NCBI GenBank assembly: GCA_951406725.2
Contig: OX597836.1
Coordinates: 31,558,001-31,622,000, forward strand
DNA: 64,000 nt
From: Octopus vulgaris
Taxonomy: Eukaryota
Direction: 5' to 3'
The notes below the pieces were generated by a model. That model had not been told where the DNA came from. It saw only the letters and a list, made by a program, of their open reading frames with translations, and ran no database searches. Every line of letters begins with the position of its first letter. Position 1 is the first letter of the stretch. A program made the translations under genes and the position numbers. This document shows, piece after piece, positions 26,925 through 40,213 of the stretch.

Positions 26925-28536
26925 CACACATGCACACATGTATATGTTTTTATGTTCAGTTATAATACACACAATTTTACATTAATCTGATGGGTTACTC
27001 TATACTTTTGTAGAGTACAAATTTATTCTTCTTAAACAAAGATATTATGGAGAGTGACTTTGATGTCCAGTCGACCAGTTGAGCCATCATTGGACTGCAG
27101 TCTGATGGTTATTCAACTGACTAAAACTTTGAAGTCACTCTCAATAATATTCTTGTTTAAAAATAACACACATACACACACACACATGATGAGCTTCCAT
27201 ACAGTTTCTGTCTATCAAATCCACTCGCAAGGCATTGTTTGATCTAGGTTTATAGTAGAGGACACTTGTCTATAGTGACATGCAATGGGACTGAAACTGG
27301 AACCTCGTTGCTACAAGGCAAGCTTCGGAAAACATATAAGCAAAACATATTTTTTGAGTTGTGTCTGGGAAGAGTCATTTTCTTTTTGTGCCTTATAATG
27401 TAACACACTCACTGGTAATATCTGATATGGTCCCAAATAGGGACCATCGATATTAAACTGATTTTTAGAATGAGGCGAAGAGTTAGGGGCTTGCTCCGCC
27501 TTTGCCATGGGTTGGTCTGGTATAGCAATATTTCCAGGATTCAGCCCATTATTAGAGAGATGGTCAAGACTATTGAAAAGGTTGCAAGGCGCAACAAAAA
27601 TTTTAGGAAAATATAAATAAGAAATAAGTGGAAATTTTACCAGTGAGAGTGTGTTACATTATAAGGCACAAAAAGAAAATGACTCTCCCCAGACACAACA
27701 GAATATGCTTCAACACACGAACTCATATAAAGAATCTTGCAAGCCAAATCCAAAAACGAAATTATTTTTTGAGGTTTAACCCTTTTGTTACTGTATTTAT
27801 TTTGAGATGCTCTGTGTTCCTTTCAATTACTTTAAATATAACAAAGAATTTAGTAAAATGACTTAGTTATCATTAAGCTAGTGTTAGGAACATAAATTGT
27901 GACTAAGGTTTGTTGGAAGGTTTTAATTTAGAACTTATGAAAACAAGATATTTGTATTCAGAACCAGAGCTGGTTTCAGCCGGGTTGGTAACAAAAGGGT
28001 TAAAGTGAAAAAAAAATTTTAAAATAAATTTTCTATATTTAACCGAGTTATTTGCAGAATATTTAAATATCTAAGGAAGGTCAAACACCAATTGTTATAA
28101 GATATGGAATAAGAATTCTTCCTTACCGGTTCTGCATTCCACCACTTGCTATCAATATTACCTGTCTTGAAAGAGTCGTTATACTTGATATCAAACATGC
28201 GGTTGGCAATAATTCCATGAGTTTCTGGATAGAGTCCCTGTTAATTAAGAAATGGCAATTAATAAGCTTCTAGAATTATTATGTCTTCTTTTGTTAATAT
28301 TCTTTTATTCTTTTTATTGTTTTATTCATTTCAGCCATGCGGTTGCGGTCATGCTGGAGCACCACCCTCAAGAAATTTTAGTTGAATGCATTGAGCCTAG
28401 TACTTAATCTATTGATCTCTTTTGCTGAGCTGCTAGGTGATGGGGATGTAAACATAACAACACCAATTGTCAAGTGGCAGCGTGGGGATGACAAGCACAG
28501 ACACACACAGGTATGTATACACACACACACATACTG

Positions 28537-28597
<61 letters not shown>

Positions 28598-31514
28598 ATA
28601 TATATATATATATACATATGTATATGTATGTATCTGTGTAGAGATAGATATGTATGTATGGATGTATATATATATATGTTTATACACACACATACATACA
28701 CACACACACACACATATTTATTAACACATGCATACATATTTATATAATGGGCTTCTTTCAGTTTCTGTTTACCAAATCCACTCACAAAGCTTTGTTTAGC
28801 CTGAGGCTATGGTAGAGTACACTTGTCCAAGGTGCCATACAGTGTGACTGAACCCGGAACCATGTGGTTGGAAAGCAAGCTTCTTACCACACAACCACAT
28901 CTGCACTTTAAAAACAGATAATGGCTGTATTTGCATATTCCAAGAGTTCTCTCTCCTTCTTCAGTGCCAAGTACCTGGATGTGTCTTTGTTATCATTCCC
29001 AAGGTTCCTTTTATTTAAGGGTTTGCTTAACCTTTTAGCATTCAAATTACTCTATGAAATGTAATGTTTATTTATTCACATTGTTTGGAAGTAATCATAT
29101 ACAGGGTGTTCAAAAAGTCTCTCCGCAGTGAATTTTATTTTCTCCAAGATGTATTTCAAAACAGGTGTAGAAGAGTCAACTTATGTATTGAAAATGAAGG
29201 ACAACACTTTCAACACCTCTTATAAAGTTTTTAAAATCTTGTAAAGTCTAATATATTCTTTTGTAGTCTTATTCCATCTTATAAATATTTATTTTGCAAT
29301 AAAATACTTACTGCGGAGAGACTTTTTGAACACCCTTTTTTACCTTGTAGCCTTGAAATTTTAATGATGTGACTGTATATTCATTTGTCTAATATTGTAG
29401 GGTAGGTGTGAGAGGCTGGATCTGGCCAGTTTGTGCATAAAATCAGGAAGAATATCTTGCCTGGATAGGGCTGCTTTAAATGCTAAGAGGTTAATGTCTT
29501 CAGTCCTCACATTCTGGTTATCTCTATTTTCAGATCTTTATATTTATATGATTAATTACTCCATTGCCATGTCAAAACCTGAATCTTTGGACTCAGTTGT
29601 GTTCCAGTATTTTTAAAAAATTTATTTTTTGCCTCTGTGATCTTATGTATCATCATCACAAACATCATCACCTTTTTAATGTCCATTTTCTATGCTTGTA
29701 TGGGACAGACAGAATTTATTGAGAGGTGTAGGAGTGGCTGTGTGGTAAGTAGCTTGCTTACCAGCCACATGGTTCTGGGTTCAGTCCCACTGCGTGGCAC
29801 CTTGGGCAAGTGTCTTCTACTATAGCCTCAGGCAGACCAAAGCCTTGTGAGTTGATTTGGTGGATGGAAACTGAAAGAAGCCTGTCGTATATATGTATAT
29901 ATGTATCTCTCTCTCTCTCGCTTGACAACCGATGCTGGTGTGTTCAGCAAAAGAGACTGATACAATAAGTACTAGGCTTACAAACAATAAGTCCTGGTGT
30001 CAATTTGCTCGACTAAAAGGTGGTGCTCCAGCATGGTCACAGTCAAATGACTGAAGCAAGTAAAAGAATAAAAGAGTAGGTTTTCTACAGCTGGATGCTC
30101 TTCCTGTCACCAACCCTCACCTGTTTCCAAGTAAGGTGATATTCCCTATGACCAGAAAATGCTTTTATGGAAGACTGGATATAAATGACACTGCTAACAT
30201 AACAGTGGCACTTGTTTACAGCTATCACATTAAGTCAAGGCGAGGAGACAGTAAAACACACACACATTTTTGGTACCTTACTGTACTGGTGTCTTGCTGT
30301 ACTCAAGAAGACCTGTACTCTGCTGCAGAAGTGTTATGACTGGTCTCTCTGGTGGCGCAAAGTGCCCATGTGGTGTCATGTAAAAGTGCCTGTGTGATTT
30401 CACATAAACGTGCCAGTGCAGCACCACATAAAAGTGCCTTGTGCAGTGCCACACAAAAAAGTACCCTGCACACTCTGCAAAGTGGTTGGCATCAGGAAGG
30501 GCATCCAGCCATAGAAACCAAGCCAAAACAGACCGGAGTCTGGTGCAGCTCCCTAGCTGGCCAGCTCTGGTCAAACCGTCCAACCCATGCCAGCATGGAC
30601 AATAACCATTAAACGATGATGACGACGATGATGATGATACATATATGATAGGCTTCTTTCAATTTCTATCTACCAAATACACTCACAAGGCTTTGATAGG
30701 CCTGAAGCTGAGTGTAATAAAAGTCATTTGCCCAAGGTGCCACATGGTAGGACTGAACCCTGAACCATGTGGTTGGTAAGCAAATTTTCCATCACACAAC
30801 CACACCTTTTCCTATAAGTAATTACATTAATACAAAAAATAGGTCTTGTTTTGTCTCATGAAAAATACTCACAGTGGCCATACTGAAATGATTTGGGAAA
30901 GTTTTTGATGGAAACGCTGGTTTCATGTAAGGGCTATGGACTCCACATTCTCTGAGACGACTGATTACAGGTGTAACATGTCTGTTGAGATAACTCACTC
31001 GGAATCCATCCAATGAGATGAATATTAAAGTTGGACCACTGTAATAAAGAAAATACATTTTAAATATTTTAAAAATCAGCATTTATCTTTTATCTTTTAC
31101 TTCTTCCAGTCATTGGATAACAGCCTTGCTGGGATTACTAGCACTGAAGGGCTGAGTTGAACAAATTGACCCTGAAGGAGGCGAGCTGGCAGAATCATTA
31201 GCACACTGGGTGAAATGCTTAGCGGTATTTCATCTGCCGCTACGTTCTGAGTTCAGATTCTGCTGAAGTCCACTTTGCCTTTCATCCTTTCGGGGTCGAT
31301 TAAATAAGTACCACTTATTCACTGGGGTTGATGTAATCGACTTCATCCCTTTGTGTGTCCTTGTTTGTCTCTTCTATGTTTAGCCCTTTGTGGGCAATAA
31401 AGAATTAAATTGACACTAGTATTATTTCAACAGTCTCTTTTTTTATCAAACTTTTAAGTTACAGGGATGCAAACAAACCAAAACCAGCTGTAAAGTGGTG
31501 ATGGAGTACAAACA

Positions 31515-31560
<46 letters not shown>

Positions 31561-33039
31561 GGGCTTCTTTCAGTTTCTAATTTCTTTATTGCCCACAAGG
31601 GGCTAAAGATATAGGGGACAAACAAGGACAGACAAAGGGATTAAGTCGATTACATCGACCCCAGTGTGTAACTGGTATTTAATTTATTGACCCCGAAAGG
31701 ATGAAAGGCAAAGTCGACCTCGGTGGAATTTGACTCAGAGCGTAATGGCAGACGAAATACCGCTAAGCATTTCACCTGGTATGCTAACATTCCTGCCAGC
31801 TCGCCGCCTCTTTTCAGTTTCTGCCTATCAAATCCATTTACAAGTCTTTGTTTGGCCAAGGAACCATGATAAAAGAAACTTGCCCAAGATGCTATGCGGT
31901 GGATCTGATGTAACAACTGGTGTGTTTACGTCTACGTAACTTAGTGGTTCGGCAACAGAGACCAATAGAATAAGTACTAGGCTTACAAAAAATAAGTCCT
32001 GGGGACGATTTGCTCGACTAAAGGCAGTGCTCCAGCATGGCTACAGTCAAATGACTGAAACAAGTAAAAGTGTAAAAAGAGTAAAAGAGTATATATATAT
32101 ACACACACACAACATGACAACAGATGTTGGTTTATGTCTCCACAACTTAGTGGTTCAGCAGAAGAGACCAACAGAATAAAGTTACAAAAGCACCAAGCTT
32201 TTGAAAAATAAGTACTGGATTCAATTGGTTTGACTAACACCCTTCAAGAAGGTACCCCCAGCATGGTCGCAGCCCAGTGACTGAAACAAGTAAAAAGACA
32301 AAAGACCTGAATGTACCAGTAATTATTGGGTGTGGCCTTCAATGCATTTCTAAATCCAGAACATTGAGAACCATTGGCCGATGCTAGCCACGCCTGGCAC
32401 CAGTGCAGGTGGCACGTAAAAAGCACCCACTACACTCACGGAGTGGTTGGCGTTAGGAAGGGCATCCAGCTGTAGAAACATTGCCAGATAAGACCGGAGC
32501 CTGGTGCAGCCTTCTGGTTTCCCAGATCCCCGGTCGAACCGTCCAACCCATGCTAGCATGGAGAACGGACGTTAAACGATGATGATGATGATGATGATGA
32601 TTGCTCTGGATATTTAGATTTTCTTGGGAAGTTAAGTAACGGTAGATAAAGCAGTAAGATAATCATAGAAGCAGAAGGGGGATGTTGCTAGGAACATCTG
32701 CTAAGTCTTTAGCAAATAACAGTAAACTATTTTTCAAAATTGGAAAATACATTATATGATATATTCTTAGATGTACTATGTCTGAAAAAAAAAAAAAAAA
32801 AAAAAAGGTAAACGAAAGAGATGATCGTGACTGCAATGCTTTTGATCATATATCTGCTTGACAACAGGAAGTTTCGGTTAAGGACAATACGAAGCTAAAC
32901 AATATTGGCTAACAGCATGTTGTCATGATTACTATAACATTAAACAAACTATGAATTCCATTTCTTACAGCTGCTTATAGTCCAGGGTATTTAATAATAA
33001 TGCGTATTTAATAAAAGTAGTAATAGTAGCAATAATAAC

Positions 33040-33105
<66 letters not shown>

Positions 33106-33728
33106 CATCATCACCATCATCATTTAGCATCTGCTTTCCATGCTAGCATAGGTTGGGCGGTTCAACTGGGGTCTGGGAAGCCAGAAGGCTGCACCAGGCC
33201 CAGTCTGATCTGGCAATGTTTCTACAGCTGGATGCCCTTCCTAACACCAAGATGCCCTTCCTAAATAATAATAATAATAATCGTCATCGTTTAATGTCCG
33301 CTTTCCATGCTAGCATGGGTTGGACGATTTGACTTGAGGACTGGCGAACCAGATGGCTGCACCAGGCTCCAATCTGATCTGGCAGAGTTTCTACAGCTGG
33401 ATGCCCTTCCTAATGCCAACCACTCCAAGAGTGTAGTGGGTGCTTTTATGTGCCACTGGCATGAGGGCCAGTCAGGTGGTACTGGTAATGGCCATGCTCA
33501 AGTAGTGTTTTTTATGTGCCACCTGCACAGGAGCCAGTCCAACGGCACTGGCAACAACCTCGCTCGAATGTTTTTCACGTGCCAGTAAGGTGACACTAGT
33601 AATGATCCTGTTTGAATGGTGCTTTTTATGTGCCACTGGTATGGAAGCCAGTCAGCTGTAGCAGCGATCACGCTCGGATGGTGTTCTTAGTGCTCCACTG
33701 GCATGGGTGCCAGTCAATAATAATAATG

Positions 33729-33764
<36 letters not shown>

Positions 33765-33995
33765 GTTACAAATTTTGCTACAAGGGCAGCAATTTTTGGG
33801 GAGGGTGTTAGTCAATTACATCGACCTCAGTGTTCAACTGGTACTTGTTTTATCAACCGCAATATGATGAAAGGTAAAGTCAACCTCAACGGAACTTGAA
33901 ATCAGATTAGAATAACGGGCAAAATTCTGCTAAGCATATTGTCCAGCATGCTAATGATTCTGCCAGCTCACCACCTCAGTGATAATAATAATAAC

Positions 33996-34044
<49 letters not shown>

Positions 34045-34505
34045 GTTTCAAATATTGCTATGAGGGCAGAAATTTTGGGGGAGGGGGCTAGTCGATTACA
34101 TCAACCCCAGTGTTCAATTGGTACATATTTTATCGACCCCGAAAGATGAAAGGCAAAGTCAACCATGGCAGAATTTGAACTCAGAACATAGTGATGGGTG
34201 AAATAGAGCTAAACATTTTGTCCAGTGCACTAATGATTCTGCCAGTTTGTCACCTTAATAATAATAATGTCACCGTGCCGGTGACATGTAAAAAGCACCA
34301 ACCAATCGTGGCTGTTTGCCAGCCTCCTCTGGCCCCTAGAGGAATAAATAAATGGAGTAAATGCAGGTGCTATTCAAATTTTTATACTTCTGACATATAC
34401 TTCTGGAATAATACCAATGTCTTCTTCGAAACATATGTTGGAAGTATAAAGATTTGAATAACACCTGTGTTTAACTCCATTTACATATATAAAATATATT
34501 AAACA

Positions 34506-34550
<45 letters not shown>

Positions 34551-37022
34551 TTAATTAATTAAAAAAAGCAGAGGAAAAGACAAGAAAAAACAATAATGTC
34601 AGGATGTAGTATTAATAAGATGCTTGAAGAAGGAAAAGAGTAGTTGGTTTACTTTCGAGTATAGCTCTTCTTCAGAAACAGGAAAAATAGGAAAGTCCAA
34701 AGGAAAAGGAGGGAGGAAAAAATCGCCAGTAGTCCACGTGTAGTTACATTTTGAAGTGAGCGGAAGTAGGACAAAGAGAAAGTGCTTTCAGGAACAGGAG
34801 AGTGTGAAGATGCTGTGTATGTTTGTGTGTGTGTATGTGTGGTGGCATGTGTGTGTGTGTGTGTGTGTGTGATAATGTGTGTATATATGGTAGTGTCTGT
34901 GTGGAAGTAACTGTGTGTGCTTGGTAACATGTGTGTATGGTAGCGTGTGTGCATGGTAGTGTGTGTGCATGTGGTGGTAACTGTGTGTGTGTGGTATTAA
35001 CTGTTTGTATGTGTTAGTATTTGTGTGAGTAGTCTGTGTGTGTTTTTGTGCTTGTGTGAGTAGGCTGTGTGCGTTAATGTCCCTCTGAGATGTCAGCAGC
35101 TATAGTAACAGGAGTGTGTATGGTAGTGTGCATCTGTGTATGTGTGTTTTTGCATGTGTGTGTGTGTAGATGGAATGATCAATAGTGAGTCAGGGTAGTC
35201 TGAAGGGTGTGTGGAAGGCATGGGTGTGGCTGTATGTATGTGTGTGCGTGTTGGCATGTGTACGTAGATGGAGTGGGAATGTGTGTGTGAACATGTGTAT
35301 GGGTGCATGTGTATGTCTCTCTCTCTCCATATGTGTGTGTGTGTGTGTACGTGTGTGTGGCGATGTGTGTGTGTCTATGTGCATGTGAGTGAGTGTGGAA
35401 GTGTATGTATGTGTGTATATATGAGTACATGTGTGTGTGTTGTGTGTTTGTTGTGTGTGTGGAGGTATATGTGTGTGTGCATGTGTGTGTATGTGTGTGT
35501 GTGTGTGTGCATGGGCTTCTTTCAGTTACCATCTACCGAATCCACTCACAAGGCTTTGGTCAACCCAGGGCTGTAGTAGATGACACCTGCCTAAGGAGCC
35601 GCGCAATAAGACTGAACCCAGAACCAAGTGTTTCGGAAGCAAGCTTCTTACCACACAGCCACGCCTACACCTATAAACATACATACAATAAAAGTTTCAA
35701 CACAACATGGCTATGAATAAATGATGTTCATTGTCAGTTATCAAAACAGTTATGGTTTATGCCTAGTTTATGTTTTCACAGCAAGACTAAAACCTCATTG
35801 CTAATAAACTTCAGAAATAACACGAAAACATCACGTTCTCTTGAGAAAGACACATTTTAAAATTTGGCATAGAAACCTTTTTTTTTTGTTTGTTTTTTTT
35901 TGTACTTGTTTCAGTCATTTGACTGCGGCCATGCTGGAGCACCGCCTTTAGAGTGGTGAAAGAGTACAGCAGGGATCACCACCATCCCCTGCCGGAGCCT
36001 CGTGGAGCTTTTAGGTGTTTTTTTCGCTCAATAAACACACACAACGCTCGGTCTGGGAATCGAAACCGCGATCCTCCGACCGCAAGTCCGCTGCCCTAAC
36101 CACTGGGCCATTGTTTTTTTGTTTTTATGTTTAGCTTCTCTGTAATACAAAACTATGCTAATTTATCTGTACGCTGAGTGTCACATATAAAGCTTTCAAA
36201 GAAAGAAACTGGAGAACTTAGATATTAATTATACATAGCCAATAAACCAATGGCTTTTTAAGGATGTATGACTGTTGAATTTATTAACACAATATTGGCG
36301 ATTCCAGATCACTCAGCTGTAGAAATGAGTCCTGATGTCACTGGTGCCAAGCTGTATTGGCCTTTGCCTTTCTCTTGGATAACATCGGTGGCATAGAGAT
36401 GGGAGGCTGGTATGCAGGGGCAACTGCTGGTCATCCATAAACAAACTTACCTGGACTTGTGCCTCAGAGGGTAACTCTCAAGGTGCAATCCTGTGACTGA
36501 AGGGGGTCTTTACCCATTTTTAAATATCTATATGCCATTTTGCAGAATACTGAAAGCACAAGCTCCACTGGGTTGGACACGTTACAAGGTTCACAGACAC
36601 CAGATGGACCCATGCAGTTGTTGTGTGGTATCCAAGGGATTGAAAAAGGCCACTTGGAAGGCCACCAATATGACGGAAGATGATTTGGTCAAGCAATTTG
36701 AAGAAAGATGGCAAAGAATGGTGCAGTCAAGGCAGAACTGGAAGTGCATTGTAACCAGGGGTGTATAACAACATCTAGTCTGGTCGGTGCTGTGATACTG
36801 TGATATCCATATACCATATTTTCCAGCACACAAACTGAATTATTCAAATAAAAATTTACAGGCATAGGAGTGGTTGTGTGGTAAGTAGCTTGCTAACCAG
36901 CCACATGGTTCTGGGTTAAGTCCCACTGCGTGGCATCTTGGGCAAGTGTCTTCTGCTATAGCCCCGGGCCGACCAATGCCTTGTGAGTGGATTTGGTAGA
37001 CGGAAACTGAAAGAAGCCTGTC

Positions 37023-37063
<41 letters not shown>

Positions 37064-37271
37064 TTAATCCAAACGGGAAAACAGAAAAAACAACAACACG
37101 TGGAACAATTACAGTATTATTATTATTAGGCGCTCAGGAAAATGGAAGAAGGAGGGTATGACGTTTCGAGCGGAGCTCTTCGTCGGAAACATAGGAGAAA
37201 GAAAGATCCCGAGACGGGAGGACAGAGGAAAAAAAAATTGCAGGTAGTCTTCACGAGGTCACATACTAAAA

Positions 37272-37331
<60 letters not shown>

Positions 37332-38269
37332 GTTTGTCCCCCTAGCATTGCTTGACAACCGATGCAGGTGTGTTTATGTCCCCGTAACTTAGTGGTTCGG
37401 CAAAAGAGACCGATAAAATAAGTACTGGGCTTACAAAGAATAAGTGCCGGGGTCGATTTGCTCGACTAAAAGGCGGTGCTCCAGCATGGCCGCAGTCAAA
37501 TGACTGAAACAAGTAAAAGAGTAAAAGAGAGAGAGAGCCCAAAAAAGGTTGGCTTATGTGCCAAAACAACTTTTTGGAGGACCAAAAATTCCATGTGAAA
37601 TGCAACAAAATTTGGGAAGATAGCAACAATGTTTCAATATTTACCACTAAGAAAGGAATGTTCTCAAAAAAATTTAGCAAATGCCAGAACATAAGTGAAC
37701 AAGACAAATGAAAAGATACAAAATATAAATTAATTTCATTTGTCTTGCTTGCTTACGTTCTGGCATTTGCTAAATTTTCTTGAAAACATTCCTTTCTTAG
37801 TGGTAAGACCATAGCGGATCTTCTTCTAGCATAATGGATGTCCACTTACAGGTCATCCCTCTTATATGTATTGCATTAGGAGATGTATGTGTATGTCACA
37901 AAGGAGAGTAAGCTACAATAAGTTGAGTAGTAGTAGTGGTGGTAATGGTGGTGGTGGTCGTCGTCACCGTCATCATTATCGTTATAGTAGTAGTGGTAAG
38001 CATGGCTTAGTGGCGAGGGTATTGCACTTATGATCGCGAGGTCATGGTTTCAGTTCCTAGACTGGCTGGTGCATTGTGTTCTTGAGCAAAACCCTTCATC
38101 TCACTTTGCTCTGCTATCACATTGACCCCTGACATGTGGCACACTGTACACCTGTGCAGAGCAATGTCAATTCGATGGCAGGAGGGAGCCAATGTATGGC
38201 ACATACATTTGATCACTCTAAACAAATCATTTGTGCAGGTCATTCAGCAAATGCTGAACACTCACACAT

Positions 38270-38304
<35 letters not shown>

Positions 38305-39449
38305 ACTGTGATAGTATATGACAAGCAAGGGATGCTAGCATGAGATAGAAATAAGTGTTAAAATAATAATGATAAATATAATCTATTATATAAAATCTGT
38401 TCTGTCTGTCTGTATGTGTGTCTTATCGGATCTTGGGCATCCTCCATCCGATTGCGTTCAAATTTGATATGTAGATAGCGACGGTATCAGGGCATGTATA
38501 AGTCTTGAAAAAATTACAAAAATCGATTCCAGGTGAGAATGCAATCGATAAAGCCATGGGAACATGCATTTGTATGCACTAGTACATCAGCTGTTGCGTT
38601 CGATATTATGCATATGTGAGAAAAATGCATGGTGTCTCAAATTTAGGTTAAATCAGTGTTTCTCAAAGGGGAGGTGTATGGGACGGTCAGACAAGTTGTT
38701 TTTGAGAAAATTTGGTTTAAATGTTTGACAACTCATCACCTTCCATTGGAAGGGGGGGGGGGGGAGTTTTGCTCGTATGATATTATAGGTGCAGGTGAGG
38801 CTGTGTGGTAAGAAGTTTGCTTCCCAATCACTTGGTTCCAAGTTCAGTCCCACTGCGCAGCTCCTTGGGTAAATTTCTTCTACTACGGCCCTGGCGAACT
38901 AAAAGCTTATGAGTGGAATTGGCTGTCAGAAAGTGAAAGAAGCCCATCGTACACTATGTGAGTGTGTGTGTGTGTGTTTGTATTTGTCCTGCCCTTTTCA
39001 CAGTAGTAGTTTGCTTGTGTCACTACCACTTAGTGGTTCAGCAAAAGAGACTAATAGAACAAGCACCAGTGTCTAAGAAGAAGTACTGGAGTCAATTCAT
39101 TCGATGAAAAATATTCAAGGCAGTGCCCCAGTATGGCCACAGTCCAATAACTAAAAGCAAGTAAAAGATGAAAGATAAAAGATAAATTTTATCGACTATA
39201 AATTTGTTAAGACTACATGCAAAATATTTTGATTAACAATGATTTATCAGGCATCTCTATAAATCTTTTTGAAAGAAATTGGCAATGATAAAATATTGCA
39301 CTAAACTCTGTCTTGAAAGAAAATTAGTCAAAAATGAACATAAAAATTTTCTTTATGTCTTTCCATTGTATTTACTTTATGTTCAATAAGGATTATAGAC
39401 ATTAAAAAAAAAAAAAATTCTTTTAAATTTCATTTCTAGTCCTTTTCCG

Positions 39450-39480
<31 letters not shown>

Positions 39481-40179
39481 AGAAAGAGATTTTAATATCT
39501 AAACTGCCTGTTGATGATAATCGAGAACTGTTTCATTTATTTGTAGATTAAAACTACCATTCTCCCTCAACTCACACCTTTTGCTTTACATTTTCAAGAA
39601 TTATGCTTCATTAACTTCCATCAAGTTAGTTTTTTTTTTTATTCAGATCCAAAACTGGCTGTCACTGCCCCCCACCCCACAACCACCACTGTCACCTCCA
39701 TTATTATTTTTATTATCACCATTATCATTCACAGTTAGGATATTCTATACTCCTCAATCATTTATAAATATTTTGCTATTACTATGGCAGTCACATATAG
39801 TATTTTTATGTTGTTCTATTGTTGAGCCCATTTTATCATTATTATTATTATTATGATTATTCAGTAGTTTTATTTTTATAGCATGCTTTCACTTTACTAC
39901 CAAGTGCAGCTCTGTGTGCCTTGGGTATGTGCTGTGATTTGTTGTGATGCTCTGATGGTTACTGTATTGAAAGTGTTTATTATTATTATTATTATTATCA
40001 TCATCATCAGACGTAGAAGTGGCTGTGTGATAAGTAGCTTGCTTACGAACCACATGGTTCTGGGTTCAGTCCTACTGCATGGCACCTTGGACAAGTGTTT
40101 TCTACTATAGCCTCAGGCCGACCAAAGCCTTGTGAGTGGATTTGGTAGATGGAAACTGAAAGAAGCCTGTCGTATTTAT

Positions 40180-40213
<34 letters not shown>

